Shown piece after piece: positions 17,381-26,689 of a stretch of 30,947 nt of DNA. Origin of the DNA: Oligoflexales bacterium (GTDB taxonomy: Bacteria; Bdellovibrionota_B; Oligoflexia; Oligoflexales; RGVZ01); assembly GCA_044236265.1 (NCBI GenBank), contig JBIIGV010000021.1, positions 1 to 30,947 of the forward strand, in the 5' to 3' direction. Both the position numbers and the translations under genes were made by a program. A model generated the notes under the pieces. That model ran no database searches. It saw only the letters and a program-made list of their open reading frames with translations, and was not told where the DNA came from. Position 1 is the first letter of the stretch. Every line of letters starts with the position of its first letter.

Positions 17381-18115
17381 ATGGTTTATAGTTCTGAGAT
17401 TTTAGACATCATAATAACTGAGACGGCAAATAGAATCAGACTCGGAGAGACTCCTCACGTCATATTTGATCTGGACGATACGATCTTCGACGCCGGTAGC
17501 CGAACCCGTCATATTCTGACCGCGTTTGCTGAACGTCCAGACATAAAAAAGGCAAATCCTGAGCTTTCGCAGCGGCTAGCGAGACTGACTAACGATGATA
17601 TGAGGTATCGGGTAGAGGACAATTTGGATCTTCTGGGCGTTTCAGACCCCAGGATAAGGTCCGAGGCTACAAAAGCATGGTGGGATCGATTTTTTTTAAT
17701 GTGTGAAATCGATGAAGTGGTTCCCGGTGCCCCCGACTTTGTTAATGCGCTTCATTCTGAGGGTGCAACGATTGTCTACTTAACCGGACGAGACCGTATA
17801 CGGATGGGCTCCGCCACCCACGCCAGCCTTGCAAAACAGGGCTTTCCTCACGGCGAGCGAGCCAAACTCATTTTAAAACCAGAATCTAGTATGTGTGATT
17901 TTCGCTTCAAGCGAGAGGAGGTCTTCGGCTTAGCAGCGACAGATCTTATCCTCGCCGCATTTGACAACGAGCCTCGACACGTCAACATGATGAAAGAGAC
18001 GATTCCTGAGGCGCACGTGGTATTCGTGGACCGGCGCCACGCCGGTCACCCCGAAACTCCGATTAAATCCATTGCATGGATTAAAGACTTTCGACAGCTC
18101 GCCTTCACTAAATGA
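17381..18115 (+). CDS. HAD-superfamily phosphatase
   Basis: Motif I IFDLDDTIFD, motif II YLTGR, FK, motif IV FDNE. Start is ATG 17381 or TTG 17330. Confidence 0.82.
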   Translation: MVYSSEILDIIITETANRIRLGETPHVIFDLDDTIFDAGSRTRHILTAFAERPDIKKANPELSQRLARLTNDDMRYRVEDNLDLLGVSDPRIRSEATKAWWDRFFLMCEIDEVVPGAPDFVNALHSEGATIVYLTGRDRIRMGSATHASLAKQGFPHGERAKLILKPESSMCDFRFKREEVFGLAATDLILAAFDNEPRHVNMMKETIPEAHVVFVDRRHAGHPETPIKSIAWIKDFRQLAFTK

Positions 18116-18131
18116 TTTTAGATGAAGCTAA

Positions 18132-19634
18132 TTAAAGCCCACCTGTCACTTCGCCTGAGGTGTGCCGTGCAACACGCATGCCTGACTCTGGGAGCAGTGT
18201 TCCAAATAGAATAATCAGGATGGCGCAAACCAAAACAACACCAGACGTAACCTTTGAGGCCACAGGCTTGATCAATGCGCCCAAAACTGGACTTGAATCC
18301 ATCATAAACATGCGCACAATGATGCGCATGTAGTAGTAAAGGGAGATTGTCGAACCGATGGCCGCAACCACAATCAGTCCGATCATGTTGTTACTAAGAG
18401 CCGAATTAAAAATATAGAGCTTGCTGATGAATCCGACCGTAGGCGGCATTCCACCCAAACTAAACATGAAAAGGGCCAGGGCAGTGGCAGCGTAGGGATG
18501 TTGTTTTGCTAAGCCGGTTAAATCATCGACGATAATATTCTCGCAACGTTCGTTTTCCAGCCACATGATCACAGCAAACGCACCAAGACTCACCAAAACA
18601 TAACCAATCAAATAAAACAAAATAGAAGGAACAGAATACTGTGACACACCGCCACTCATCGATGCCAGCGCTAAAGCCATGTAACCGCTATGAGCAATTG
18701 ACGAGTAGGCGAGCATTCGCTTAACACTCTGCTGAGCAAGAGCCATGATGTTGGCAAACAGCAGTGATGCCGCAGCCATGAAGCCGATAACAGGCAGCCA
18801 TACAGCATGAACGCCGTCTAAACCGTTTTCAAACATGCGAATAGCAGCCACCATAATCATCGTTTTCATGGCAGTCGCCATGAAAGCTGTTAAGCCAGTT
18901 GGAGAACCCTCGTAAGCATCTGGAGTCCACATGTGAAAGGGAACTAACGCCATTTTGAAACCTAAACCCGCAATGGTCAAAATCGCACCCAGCTCAACCC
19001 ATGAGTGGCCACTTATCTTACCGATCGAAGAACTAATCTCGCTAATTCTCAGCGTCCCAGTCGCAGCATATAAGAAAGCAAAACCGAATAATAAAATGGC
19101 GGCCGCAACGGCTCCCAAAACGAAATACTTGATAGAGCCCTCTTGCGAGAGCTTGGTAGGATTGGTGTAGCCGATTAGTGCATAAACACCGATCGATGCC
19201 ATTTCCAGACCCACAAACAAAGTGACAAGGTCATCAGTGGCCACCATGGTGCACATACCAGCAATCACCATATGGAATAGCGCGATGATTTCTCCGCGAA
19301 AGAACTTCTCCTTAAGGTAGCCTTCACCCATCAGTAGCGAGATCACCAGGGCGATACCAATGATCGCTCCCTGGCCAAAAAAGCCCAATCGGCCCGAAAC
19401 AAACCCTCCACTGAGAAACATCTCACTGGCAGCACCCGAGATGGCATAGAGGCGAATCACCAGCAACAGCGACAATAAAAGGGCGCCAAAATTTAGCCAG
19501 TATTGAACCCTCGGGCTGGCAAGACTCTTACTAACCGCCATGAGCAGGGCCACAATCCCTGTGCTACACAGAATTATAATAGGAAGAGCTGCACCATAAA
19601 AACTTGCTGTTAATTGTGGGACTTCAAATTGCAC
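18132..19634 (-). CDS. nuoN: NADH-quinone oxidoreductase subunit N
   Basis: LFVGLEMAS, EGSIKYF, GFKMALVPFHMWTPDAYEGSPT and KRMLAYSSIAHSGY. Confidence 0.95.
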   Translation of the reverse strand: MQFEVPQLTASFYGAALPIIILCSTGIVALLMAVSKSLASPRVQYWLNFGALLLSLLLVIRLYAISGAASEMFLSGGFVSGRLGFFGQGAIIGIALVISLLMGEGYLKEKFFRGEIIALFHMVIAGMCTMVATDDLVTLFVGLEMASIGVYALIGYTNPTKLSQEGSIKYFVLGAVAAAILLFGFAFLYAATGTLRISEISSSIGKISGHSWVELGAILTIAGLGFKMALVPFHMWTPDAYEGSPTGLTAFMATAMKTMIMVAAIRMFENGLDGVHAVWLPVIGFMAAASLLFANIMALAQQSVKRMLAYSSIAHSGYMALALASMSGGVSQYSVPSILFYLIGYVLVSLGAFAVIMWLENERCENIIVDDLTGLAKQHPYAATALALFMFSLGGMPPTVGFISKLYIFNSALSNNMIGLIVVAAIGSTISLYYYMRIIVRMFMMDSSPVLGALIKPVASKVTSGVVLVCAILIILFGTLLPESGMRVARHTSGEVTGGL

Positions 19635-19669
19635 TGTCTACTCCTGAGCGTTTCCAGGTTCTTGTTTAT

Positions 19670-21232
19670 TTAGTTCGCGGACTTTGATGACATGTCGGAT
19701 CCCATACGGAAATCCAAGCTATAGTTCTTATAGTTTTTCGCTAGATGTTCGATCGACGGCTTGGTCTTACCAATAAATGCATTTGGAAAAATACCCATCA
19801 CGATCGCGAGCACTGCCAGGGGAACAAGATAGCCGAGCTCTCGAGCGTTCAAATCCTCCATCTCTTTATTTTCAGGATTATCAAGCGGTCCAAACAAAAT
19901 TTTGCGGCATAATGTCAGCATGTACACAGCACCCAACAGGACACCAAGGGATGCTAGAACTCCTGCCAATGGCATTGCTTGAAATGTTCCGTTTAGAATC
20001 AAGAACTCGCCAACAAACCCGCCCGTACCAGGCAAACCAACCGAACTTAATGTAGCCACAATCAACATGATGGCAAACAGCGGCATATTTTCCGCCAGAC
20101 CACCGAAATCAGAGAGCATCCGTGTATGGCGACGCTCGTAAATCACCCCAACAAGAAAGAACAACGCTCCAGTTGAAATCCCGTGATTAATCATCTGGTA
20201 AGTCGCACCCGTCAGAGCTTCAACGCTAATCTCACCACCTGCCATCACCGCGAATGTACCAATCACCACAAAGCCAAGGTGTGATACCGAAGAGTAGGCC
20301 ACCATCTTTTTGGCGTCCTTCTGAACCCAAGCTGTCAATGCGCCATATATAATTCCAACCACGCCGCAGAATATAAGAACCGGCGCAGCCTGCACCATTG
20401 CTTCCGGGAACAGTGGGACTGCAAAGCGAAGGAGGCCATAGGTACCCATTTTCAGCAATACACCGGCCAAGATCACCGAACCTACGGTAGGAGCCTCAAC
20501 GTGGGCATCAGGCAGCCACGTGTGGAATGGCCACATCGGAACTTTAATTGCAAAGGCCACAGCAAATGCTATGAACATCCACATCTGCGTCGCAATGGGA
20601 AGCTTAACTTGGTACAGATCTAGCAAACTTGTTGAATAGACCCCGGTCTGACGAAAGTGGGCAAAATACAAAACAACAGCAGCTGCAAGCATGAGTAGTG
20701 AGCCGATGACGGTGTACAAGACGAACTTTGTCGCTGCGTAAATGCGGCGTTTTCCACCCCAAACACCGATGATAAAATACATCGGAATAAGCATTGCTTC
20801 CCAAAACACATAAAAGAACACCATATCCATGGCCACCAGCGCACCAATCATCCCGGACTCGAGAGCCAGGAGAAGCGCCAAAAATGGCTTTTGGCTTGGC
20901 TCTGATATGTGCCACTGACTTAAAAGCACAAGAGGCATCAGAAACGTGGTTAAAACGACTAGCAGAAGACTAAGCCCATCCACACCGACAATGTACTTCA
21001 TGCCAAGTGACGGGATCCACTCGTAGCTTTCAACAAACTGCAGTGCCGAGGAGGTCCCGTCAAACCAATACCATACGTGCAAGCCTCCTAGAAACGCGAC
21101 GACCGAAGCGAGCATCGCCACAACGCGGGCAGTTGCTAGCGAGGGTAAAAACAAAATAACCCCCGCAGCCACCAGCGGCATGAAAATCAAAAAGGACAAA
21201 ATGTGTGAATTGATAAGTTCCATTTCAAGCAA
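19670..21232 (-). CDS. nuoM: NADH-quinone oxidoreductase subunit M
   Basis: GVDGLS, FYVFWEAMLIPMY and AFAIKVPMWPFHTWLPDAHVEAPT. Start is TTG 21232 or ATG 21223. Confidence 0.95.
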   Translation of the reverse strand: MLEMELINSHILSFLIFMPLVAAGVILFLPSLATARVVAMLASVVAFLGGLHVWYWFDGTSSALQFVESYEWIPSLGMKYIVGVDGLSLLLVVLTTFLMPLVLLSQWHISEPSQKPFLALLLALESGMIGALVAMDMVFFYVFWEAMLIPMYFIIGVWGGKRRIYAATKFVLYTVIGSLLMLAAAVVLYFAHFRQTGVYSTSLLDLYQVKLPIATQMWMFIAFAVAFAIKVPMWPFHTWLPDAHVEAPTVGSVILAGVLLKMGTYGLLRFAVPLFPEAMVQAAPVLIFCGVVGIIYGALTAWVQKDAKKMVAYSSVSHLGFVVIGTFAVMAGGEISVEALTGATYQMINHGISTGALFFLVGVIYERRHTRMLSDFGGLAENMPLFAIMLIVATLSSVGLPGTGGFVGEFLILNGTFQAMPLAGVLASLGVLLGAVYMLTLCRKILFGPLDNPENKEMEDLNARELGYLVPLAVLAIVMGIFPNAFIGKTKPSIEHLAKNYKNYSLDFRMGSDMSSKSAN

Positions 21233-21247
21233 ACCCTTTTATTGGGA

Positions 21248-23242
21248 TTAATTAACGACCAAAGCGGACAAAAGGCAGACCAGACCTAAAACGAGAACCA
21301 TCGCATGACGATGGATCGAGCCAGTCATTTTAAAGCTCACTGCACCAGCGATAAATCGACAAAACTCGGCAGCACCGTTGACTGCTCCATCGATAATCTT
21401 CACATCGACAAAAGCCCAAAGGAACTCAGCAATATCGCGAACCGGTTGAACAATTTTCGCGAAGTAAAATTCGTCCACGAAATATTTGTTCCAAAGGGTG
21501 TTGTAAACGCCTGACATTGATTTTTTCCAGCTGTCCAGCACAGGCTTTGGACCACGGCCATACAATACGACCGCTGTGCCGCTTGCAATAAGCATCACAA
21601 CGACTGAGGCGGCCATCAAACCAATCTCCAGTGAGTGACTGTAAGTACCCTCAAGAAATGCCCAATGTTCCTCCGCAGCTTCTGGAATCAGCATGACCGG
21701 CTTGAGATACTCGGCAAAAATATTGTGTCCGCCCAAAACATGCGGCACTCCCAAAAAGCCAACTCCAGCACTCATGATTGCCAAAATCACCAACGGGCCC
21801 CACATATCGACACCTGTCTCATGGGGCGTGTGACCATGACCATCGCCGTGGCCGTGTGATTTGTGATCTGCATGACCGTGATGATCATCGTGACCATGCT
21901 CTGCATGACCACCACCACGGTGCTCACCGTAGAATGTCAAACACAGCAAGCGCACCATGTAAAAGGATGTGCAGCCCGCCGTAATGGCTCCAATTCCCCA
22001 AAGGGCAGGGCCGCCGCCAATATATGATTTCCAAAGAATCTCATCTTTTGAGAAGAAGCCAGCAAAAGGCGGCATACCAATGATGGCAAGAACTCCAACC
22101 AAGAACACGAGGTGAGTGACCGGCATATACTTTCTTAGGCCACCCATCTTGAACATGTCCTGCTCGTGATGCATGGCCACGATGACGGAACCAGCACCAA
22201 GGAACATCAATGCTTTGAAGCATGCGTGCGTAAAAAGATGGAATACACCAGCATCAAAAGCTCCCACTCCACAGGCCATCACCATATAGCCCAACTGACT
22301 CACTGTAGAGTACGCCAAGACTTTCTTAATATCAGACTGAACAATTGCAATCGTTGCAGCCATGAGCGCTGTGAGTCCACCCACAATAGCGATAATCTGC
22401 ATAGTTAGTGGTGCGAGATAGAACATAAAGTTGAGACGAGTCATCATATAGATACCGGCCGTCACCATGGTCGCCGCATGGATAAGGGCCGACACAGGAG
22501 TAGGGCCCGCCATCGCATCAGGCAGCCAAACATAAAGAGGAAGCTGAGCCGACTTTCCGGTCGCGCCTATGAATAAGCAGATCGTGATCCAACCGATCGC
22601 ACCCATGTGAACCGCGTCCAAAGTGTTGCCACCGATCATCTCTTTGAGCTCGCTGAAACTCACTGTTCCGAAATGTTTGTAGGTGAGAAAAATTCCGAGA
22701 AGAAAACCGATATCGCCAATGCGGTTTACCAGGAAGGCCTTCATTCCGGCTGCAGCATTCTTATCATCATGAAACCAGTAACCGATCAGCAGGTAGGAGC
22801 AAAGACCGACGCCTTCCCAACCCACAAACATCACCATCAGGTTATCGCCCATGACAAGCTGAAGCATCATGAAGACGAACAAATTCAGATAAGAGAAAAA
22901 GCGTGCTGTGGATTTTTCTTCATGCATGTATCCACCGGCATAGATGTGAATCAAGGTGCCGATACCTGTAACCACGAGCATCATAAGACCAGACAGACGA
23001 TCCACAATGTACTTAAAGGGCGCGTGAAACCCTCCCGCATCAAGCCAGTCAAAAGCCAAGTAAGTCTTCGCTTCACCGCCAGTTTTCATCATGTCGAGGA
23101 ACGTCATCAACGCAGCAGCAAATGAAATCGCCATTGCGGCAACAGCCACGAGGTGACTCACAATTTTTGGCGCTTTGCGAAGTACAAGGCCATTGAGTGC
23201 TGCACCGAAAAGAGGAGCCAAAAGCATGATCCATAGCATCAT
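21248..23242 (-). CDS. nuoL: NADH-quinone oxidoreductase subunit L
   Basis: GWEGVGLCSYLLIG, GKSAQLPLYVWLPDAMAGPTPVSALIHAATMV and KKVLAYSTVSQLGYM. Confidence 0.96.
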   Translation of the reverse strand: MMLWIMLLAPLFGAALNGLVLRKAPKIVSHLVAVAAMAISFAAALMTFLDMMKTGGEAKTYLAFDWLDAGGFHAPFKYIVDRLSGLMMLVVTGIGTLIHIYAGGYMHEEKSTARFFSYLNLFVFMMLQLVMGDNLMVMFVGWEGVGLCSYLLIGYWFHDDKNAAAGMKAFLVNRIGDIGFLLGIFLTYKHFGTVSFSELKEMIGGNTLDAVHMGAIGWITICLFIGATGKSAQLPLYVWLPDAMAGPTPVSALIHAATMVTAGIYMMTRLNFMFYLAPLTMQIIAIVGGLTALMAATIAIVQSDIKKVLAYSTVSQLGYMVMACGVGAFDAGVFHLFTHACFKALMFLGAGSVIVAMHHEQDMFKMGGLRKYMPVTHLVFLVGVLAIIGMPPFAGFFSKDEILWKSYIGGGPALWGIGAITAGCTSFYMVRLLCLTFYGEHRGGGHAEHGHDDHHGHADHKSHGHGDGHGHTPHETGVDMWGPLVILAIMSAGVGFLGVPHVLGGHNIFAEYLKPVMLIPEAAEEHWAFLEGTYSHSLEIGLMAASVVVMLIASGTAVVLYGRGPKPVLDSWKKSMSGVYNTLWNKYFVDEFYFAKIVQPVRDIAEFLWAFVDVKIIDGAVNGAAEFCRFIAGAVSFKMTGSIHRHAMVLVLGLVCLLSALVVN

Positions 23243-23256
23243 AAGAAATCCCCCAA

Positions 23257-23559
23257 TCAGCCGCGTAAAAGTCTAAGAATATCAGTATTAACGGTTCCAT
23301 ATTTACGGAACAGCGCAATGACCATTGCAAGACCGACAGCCGCCTCACATGCGGCGACCGTAATCACAAACAAGACCATCACCTGGCCATCGACATTTCC
23401 AATAGCACGCCCAGCTGCAACAAAAACCAAGTTCACAGCATTTAGCATCAGTTCAATGGACATCAACACCATGATGAGATTTCGACGAAACAAAGCGCCG
23501 AATAGTCCAAGCGAGAAGATCAGACAGGCCAGAACAAAGTAAAAATCAACGGGTACCAC
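23257..23559 (-). CDS. nuoK: NADH-quinone oxidoreductase subunit K
   Basis: RRNLIMVLMSIELMLNAVN and VAACEAAVGLA; GAGGAG SD. Confidence 0.96.
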   Translation of the reverse strand: MVPVDFYFVLACLIFSLGLFGALFRRNLIMVLMSIELMLNAVNLVFVAAGRAIGNVDGQVMVLFVITVAACEAAVGLAMVIALFRKYGTVNTDILRLLRG

Positions 23560-23578
23560 TATATATTCTCCTCGTTTC

Positions 23579-24139
23579 TCAGCTTATGGGGGCAGAGGTT
23601 TTTTTCTTGTCTTTTTTCGCGATCACGACAGCAGCAACAATTGCCATCAAAATCAGAACTGATGCCAGTTCGAACGGCCAAATGTAATTAGTGAGTAGTT
23701 TCATCGCGACCACGTAGGTGTTACCGCCGGCCGCTTCGATGGCAACTGGATCCAAAGAACCGTCACCGAGCCCAGTCTGGTCTCCTTTGAAAGTAGCCAC
23801 GACAGTTATCAAGAATCCAACAAGCGAGATCACGAGAGTTCCAGCTTCAACAGCAGAAAACTTCAGCCCCCTAAGCTGCTCAGGCTGAAGGTTCAAAAGC
23901 ATGATGACAAAGAGGAACAAGACCACAATGGCTCCGGCATAAACCAAAACCTGAATCGCAGCTACAAAGTGACTCTCCAAGGTGGCGTAAAGACCGGCCA
24001 ACAAGAATAGATCCACAACGAGAAAGACCGCACTTTTGACCGGGTGCTTTGACATCACAACCAACACCGAGCACAGCGTGATCAACGCCGCAAACAGGTG
24101 AAAAACTCCGTGAGTCATTAAAAGAGAAAAATCAGGCAT
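23579..24139 (-). CDS. nuoJ: NADH-quinone oxidoreductase subunit J
   Basis: QVLVYAGAIVVLFLFVIMLL and PFELASVLIL. Confidence 0.95.
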   Translation of the reverse strand: MPDFSLLMTHGVFHLFAALITLCSVLVVMSKHPVKSAVFLVVDLFLLAGLYATLESHFVAAIQVLVYAGAIVVLFLFVIMLLNLQPEQLRGLKFSAVEAGTLVISLVGFLITVVATFKGDQTGLGDGSLDPVAIEAAGGNTYVVAMKLLTNYIWPFELASVLILMAIVAAVVIAKKDKKKTSAPIS

Positions 24140-24154
24140 CGCCGACTCCGACTA

Positions 24155-25237
24155 TTAGGAAAATCTAAAGGCAGCGATCACCACCGCCGTCACAACAACA
24201 TTCACCAGACCAAGAGGAATCATATACTTCCAACCAAGCGACATCAGTTGGTCATATCTAAATCGCGGAATAGTCCAGCGAACCCAGATATACAGCCACA
24301 TGAAGAACGTCGCCTTAAGCATTAGGGTAACGTGGCCAATCAAAGCACTGACACCAATAAATCCGGTCAAGTCGTCAAGCTTTTGGACACTGAAAAACGG
24401 TACCTGCCATCCACCAAAAAAGACTGTAGATGCCAAACAGCTCAACACGAACATACTCACGTACTCGCCCAAGAAGAAGGCCGCAAACTTTGCCGACGTG
24501 TACTCTGTATGAAAGCCCGCGACCAGCTCACCCTCGGCTTCTGCAAGGTCAAACGGCGCGCGATTGGTTTCAGCAAACATGGCGATCAAAAACAATAGGA
24601 ACGAAACCGGAGATAGGAATACGCCCCATTTCCAAAAGTGACTTTGCGCCTCAACAATTTTATTGAGATCCAAAGTGCCGTAGATCAACACAATTGGAAT
24701 GAGAGACATCCCCAGGGGGATCTCGTAGCTGATCATCTGTGCCGAAGCGCGCAAAGAGCCAAGTAGCGAGTACTTGTTGTTTGAGGCCCATCCAGCAATG
24801 GTTACTCCGTAAACCGCCAATGAACTCACCGCAAAAATAAACAAAAAGCCCACATCAACACGAATGATCGATAGAGGAATCGTTGTGCCAAAAGCATGAA
24901 TATCTGGACCATAGGGGATCGCCATCGCGATCAAAAAGGCAGGAAATACGGAGAAAACCGGAGCGAGGTGATAAAAGGCTTTCTGAGCACCTTCAGGAAC
25001 CACTTCCTCTTTAAAGATCAGCTTGATTGTATCGGCAAGTGATTGCATGAGGCCGTAAATACGCCACTTAAAGATACCAACCCTGTTTGGTCCTTTGCGA
25101 CGTTGCATCATCGCTGGAACGCGACGTTCGACCCAAACCATCACTGGTGGGATCTGCAGCAGGAGCCCAGCAACGATTGCAAACTTGACGAGAGTCGCAA
25201 TGAATTGAATTGTAAATTCGTCTGCCGTTAATCCCAT
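24155..25237 (-). CDS. nuoH: NADH-quinone oxidoreductase subunit H
   Basis: ERR....QRRKGPNRVG, GWASNNKYSLLG, AETNRAPFDLAEAEGEL and PRFRYDQLM. Confidence 0.96.
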   Translation of the reverse strand: MGLTADEFTIQFIATLVKFAIVAGLLLQIPPVMVWVERRVPAMMQRRKGPNRVGIFKWRIYGLMQSLADTIKLIFKEEVVPEGAQKAFYHLAPVFSVFPAFLIAMAIPYGPDIHAFGTTIPLSIIRVDVGFLFIFAVSSLAVYGVTIAGWASNNKYSLLGSLRASAQMISYEIPLGMSLIPIVLIYGTLDLNKIVEAQSHFWKWGVFLSPVSFLLFLIAMFAETNRAPFDLAEAEGELVAGFHTEYTSAKFAAFFLGEYVSMFVLSCLASTVFFGGWQVPFFSVQKLDDLTGFIGVSALIGHVTLMLKATFFMWLYIWVRWTIPRFRYDQLMSLGWKYMIPLGLVNVVVTAVVIAAFRFS

Positions 25238-25581
25238 TCCAGAGCCCCCCGCTTCACTACATAAATGTATCCAGCGACCAAAATCACCATAAACACCATG
25301 ACTTCAGCCACGCCAAACCAGCCCAATTGTGGGAATGCTTTGGCCCATAAGTACAAAAAGATTGTTTCGATATCGAAGAGAATAAAAAGAATGGCAGTCA
25401 GATAAAACTTAACGCTCATCTTTTCGTTTGCGCCGGTTACCTTTGGTACACCGCACTCATAGGGATCAATCTTCTCAGGCCTTGGATTTTTGGGGCCAAG
25501 AAACGCTGCTAAACCACTAAGTATGGCTCCAAGCGTCAATCCGAAAATCAAAACAATTAGCACCGGAATGTAAGGATTCAT
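25228..25581 (-). CDS. nuoA: NADH-quinone oxidoreductase subunit A
   Basis: PYECG, KFYLTAILFILFDIE and GALEWD. ATG 25581 follows GGTGG; GTG 25590 is the alternative. Confidence 0.95.
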   Translation of the reverse strand: MNPYIPVLIVLIFGLTLGAILSGLAAFLGPKNPRPEKIDPYECGVPKVTGANEKMSVKFYLTAILFILFDIETIFLYLWAKAFPQLGWFGVAEVMVFMVILVAGYIYVVKRGALEWD

Positions 25582-25604
25582 TCTGTCCACCTGCCAGAAA
25601 AGTC

Positions 25605-25613
25605 TGGTAAACT
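25605..25613 (+). promoter_or_regulatory. Candidate extended -10 promoter for gpsA-cinA
   Basis: TG-G-TAAACT lies upstream of an AGGAGA SD and ATG 25652. Confidence 0.4.
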
Positions 25614-25651
25614 GTTACCCCAGCTAACCTCTTCACAGGAGATTTGTTTCG

Positions 25652-26689
25652 ATGAGCGGCTCAAGTAAACAAGGAAAAATTCTCGTTCTCGGTGCCGGTA
25701 ACTTCGGAACATGCCTGGCGGAGCATCTCGCGCGCGAGGGATGGAGTGTCGATATTTGGTCCCGTTCGAAAGTGCTCGTTGATGGTATCAACAAACTCCA
25801 CAAAAATCCCAAATATCTTAGCACGATTACCTTAGCACCGACCCTCACAGCGATCAACCACATCGAGCCCGCGCAGATAAATGACTATCGCGCGATCGTT
25901 GTCGCGGTCCCCATGCAGGCTGTCAGGGAAACGCTAAAGCATTTTGCTCAACATTTAACCACAACTCCCGTTTTGATCAGCGCGGTTAAAGGCATCGAAA
26001 TCAGCACTGGGTTTTTCTTTATCGACGTGGTTGCTGATTTATTTGGCACAGACATCGCAAACAAGACCGTCGTGCTGTCCGGACCCAGCTTCGCCGTCGA
26101 AGTTGCACAAAAACTGCCCACAGCTGTGGTTGCCGCGAGTAAAGACGCGGATCGCGCAAATGCCGTTCAGAAAATCTTTCACACGTCCTTTTTTCGCGTT
26201 TACACATCAAAAGATCCGCTTGGCCTCGAGGTTGCTGGAGCTCTAAAAAACGTCGTGGCCATTGCCGCGGGAGCATGCGCTGGTTTAGGACTCCAAATGA
26301 ACAGCATGGCAGGTCTTATCACTCGCGGACTTGCTGAGATTACGCATATGGGGGTCAAGCTGGGAGCAAATCCGATAACGTTCCAAGGACTAGGCGGTGT
26401 CGGAGATCTATTTTTAACGTGTGGATCTGAAAAAAGTCGAAACTACTCTCTTGGTTTCAAACTCGGCCAAGGAATGAGTGTTCACGACGCATTACAAAGC
26501 CTCGGTTCAGTTGCCGAAGGCTTCACGACTGCCAAGGCAGCTCACTCTCTGGCAAAAAAACTTGGTGTGGAGACGCCAATTGCCGAGCAGGTGTACCAGG
26601 TTCTTTATGAACATAAGCCCACGAAGGCGGCCCTGATGGATCTCATAACCAGAGATGCCAAGCCAGAATTCACCTTTGAGCGCCCATGA
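25652..26689 (+). CDS. gpsA: NAD(P)H-dependent glycerol-3-phosphate dehydrogenase
   Basis: GAGNFG, KGIE, LSGPSFAVEV, GALKNVVAIAAG, GDLFLTC..SRN and AEG. Confidence 0.95.
   Translation: MSGSSKQGKILVLGAGNFGTCLAEHLAREGWSVDIWSRSKVLVDGINKLHKNPKYLSTITLAPTLTAINHIEPAQINDYRAIVVAVPMQAVRETLKHFAQHLTTTPVLISAVKGIEISTGFFFIDVVADLFGTDIANKTVVLSGPSFAVEVAQKLPTAVVAASKDADRANAVQKIFHTSFFRVYTSKDPLGLEVAGALKNVVAIAAGACAGLGLQMNSMAGLITRGLAEITHMGVKLGANPITFQGLGGVGDLFLTCGSEKSRNYSLGFKLGQGMSVHDALQSLGSVAEGFTTAKAAHSLAKKLGVETPIAEQVYQVLYEHKPTKAALMDLITRDAKPEFTFERP

Noticed and set aside
22607..23125. 172-aa plus-strand ORF and other antisense ORFs within the nuo, pil and acylase genes
   Set aside because: Shadow frames of well-conserved genes, with no motifs or SD support.
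18132..23559. Mrp/Mnh antiporter or hydrogenase membrane module instead of Nuo
   Set aside because: NuoA, NuoH and NuoJ with canonical complex I motifs are present; there are no MrpE/F/G or hydrogenase subunits.
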